NCBI GenBank assembly: GCA_051294375.1
Contig: JBJCIZ010000824.1
Coordinates: forward strand, 1-64,000
Direction of reading: 5' to 3'
DNA from: Paraspadella gotoi
Taxonomy: Eukaryota > Animalia > Chaetognatha
Length of the DNA: 64,000 nucleotides
A program made the position numbers and the translations under genes. The first letter of the stretch is position 1. Every line of letters begins with the position of its first letter. Below, one piece after another: positions 62,648 through 64,000 of the stretch. Below the pieces are notes generated by a model. The model was not told the DNA's origin. It made no database searches and was given only the letters and a program-made list of their open reading frames with translations.

Positions 62648-63301
62648 ATGGGGCGAAAAGTAACGGTCGATAAGAACGCCGCCGACAAATTTTGGGTCCT
62701 TGGCGACAGCCACATCTCGCGTCTTCATGGCGTCATCCCTTGGACGACGACGACAGCGATCAGCGGTGGACGATTTCCACATTTTCACGAAGCGATTGCC
62801 AGAAATGATGTATACTATCACACGATGGTGTTCATAGGAGGTGGAAACAAGTTGGCTCCAAAGTTAAATGCCGACATTTATCTAGATCAGTTGTCTGCGT
62901 TTGTGAGGGAGGTGTGCAGCCGGTTTCCGGTGATGAGAGTAGTGACCATGTCTCTAATTAGTCGTGATTTTAAAACAGGTCGACAGACGTTCAATCATGC
63001 TGCGACGGAGATTGATAACGGAATGTTCAGGATGAGTGCCTTGCATTCCCAAGCCTTGCAAAATTGTTTTCGTACCAAAAGGTATGGTAGAATGATATTA
63101 GACAATAACTTATACGAGAACGACCAAACTCACCTAAATGCTCAAGGGACGAGGATCCTTTTTGACGTTTTAGACCAGATACTATTTTGCGAGGATGAGC
63201 AGCAGTTGAAGGACAAACCGATTTGGGTTTTGGGCACGACACAGACAGTCTCTTGGAAGGGGCTGGTGTGGCCGCAGCAGCAAAGGCCGTCTAATCGATA
63301 G
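62648..63301 (+). CDS. SGNH hydrolase of copy 5, intact (217 aa)
   Basis: GDSH, ISGG, GGGN and DQTH retained; preceded by the IN C-terminus at 62458-62541. Confidence 0.9.
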   Translation: MGRKVTVDKNAADKFWVLGDSHISRLHGVIPWTTTTAISGGRFPHFHEAIARNDVYYHTMVFIGGGNKLAPKLNADIYLDQLSAFVREVCSRFPVMRVVTMSLISRDFKTGRQTFNHAATEIDNGMFRMSALHSQALQNCFRTKRYGRMILDNNLYENDQTHLNAQGTRILFDVLDQILFCEDEQQLKDKPIWVLGTTQTVSWKGLVWPQQQRPSNR

Positions 63302-63340
63302 ATAATTTGACTTGTCGCGACATTAACTCACCCTCGATGG

Positions 63341-64000
63341 AGAGACTTCTACAAAACTAAAAGCAGCAAACGGCTCTCACATAGCCTGCTTTGGCTACAC
63401 GGACGTACAGGTCCATCTCGGCAGCCGACGCTTCTACTTCACCATGATCATCGCCGATGTGACGCAACCAATGACTTTTTAGAGGAACATTATTTGGCCC
63501 CGAATCATTGCAATTGATTTTTATTCGACCTGCAGGACCTTAGTACTATTGTTGCCTCAAAAGCAAATATAAAACGTACAATTAGAGTAAATTTCGTCCA
63601 CCAAGCGGACGACCCATACTACAAACTACTTGAAACTTACCATGATTTGTGTACGCCCTCTTTTAAACCTACGGAACCCAAACACGGCATAAAACACTAC
63701 ATCCCTACTACTGGTCAACCCGTGCAATCACAAGCTCGTAGACTTGCGCCCGACAAACTCGCCGACGCCAAAAAAGAACTTGATAAGTTCTGCAAACTAG
63801 GAATCGCCTGCCGGGCCAAAAGTGAGTGGGCATCACTGGTTCTGGACATCAACAAGCTAGATGGAGGGTATCGATTCTGTGGCAATTTCAGACGCCTCAA
63901 CAATGCAACACTGGATGACAAGTACCCTGTGAAGACACTGAACGACTTCAACGCCAACCTTAGCGGCATGAAGGTCTTCAGCAAGATAGACCTACTAAAA
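63341..64000 (+). mobile_element. Gypsy fragment, CsRn1-like (PR end to RT start), degenerate
   Basis: AANGSHI, IIADV, KHGIKHYIPTTGQPV..RRLAPDKL, SEWAS, RFCGNFRRLN..DKYP, VFSKIDL. Confidence 0.88.

Overview
AT-rich, gapped eukaryotic (probably invertebrate) scaffold with homopolymer-type errors, dominated by nested retroelements. The main element is a divergent Ty3/Gypsy LTR retrotransposon (384-bp TGTC..GACA LTRs, PPT, tRNA-Leu-like PBS, gag-PR-RT-RH-IN). It appears as four near-identical minus-strand segments (3.9-26.1 kb, partly assembly redundancy) and one older plus-strand copy (45.3-63.3 kb). It has no env. Between IN and the 3' LTR it instead carries a sense SGNH/GDSL hydrolase ORF under clear purifying selection and a spliced antisense gene missed by the ORF track (ATG|GT exon plus two coding exons). 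That gene encodes a ~112-aa signal-less single-TM protein with a two-Cys ectodomain loop, juxtamembrane Cys and a polybasic tail, like reovirus FAST fusogens. Two more small ORFs (one secreted, one TM) are nested in its first intron. Also present: a divergent DEG/ENaC channel gene, a Cys-rich GCC2/3-repeat exon, a BEL/Pao element, CsRn1-like Gypsy fragments, a Penelope-like element with a hammerhead ribozyme, DINE-1/HINE-like elements, a palindromic MITE, a tRNA-Lys-primed LTR element and an inverted block. All calls are by eye; no searches were run.
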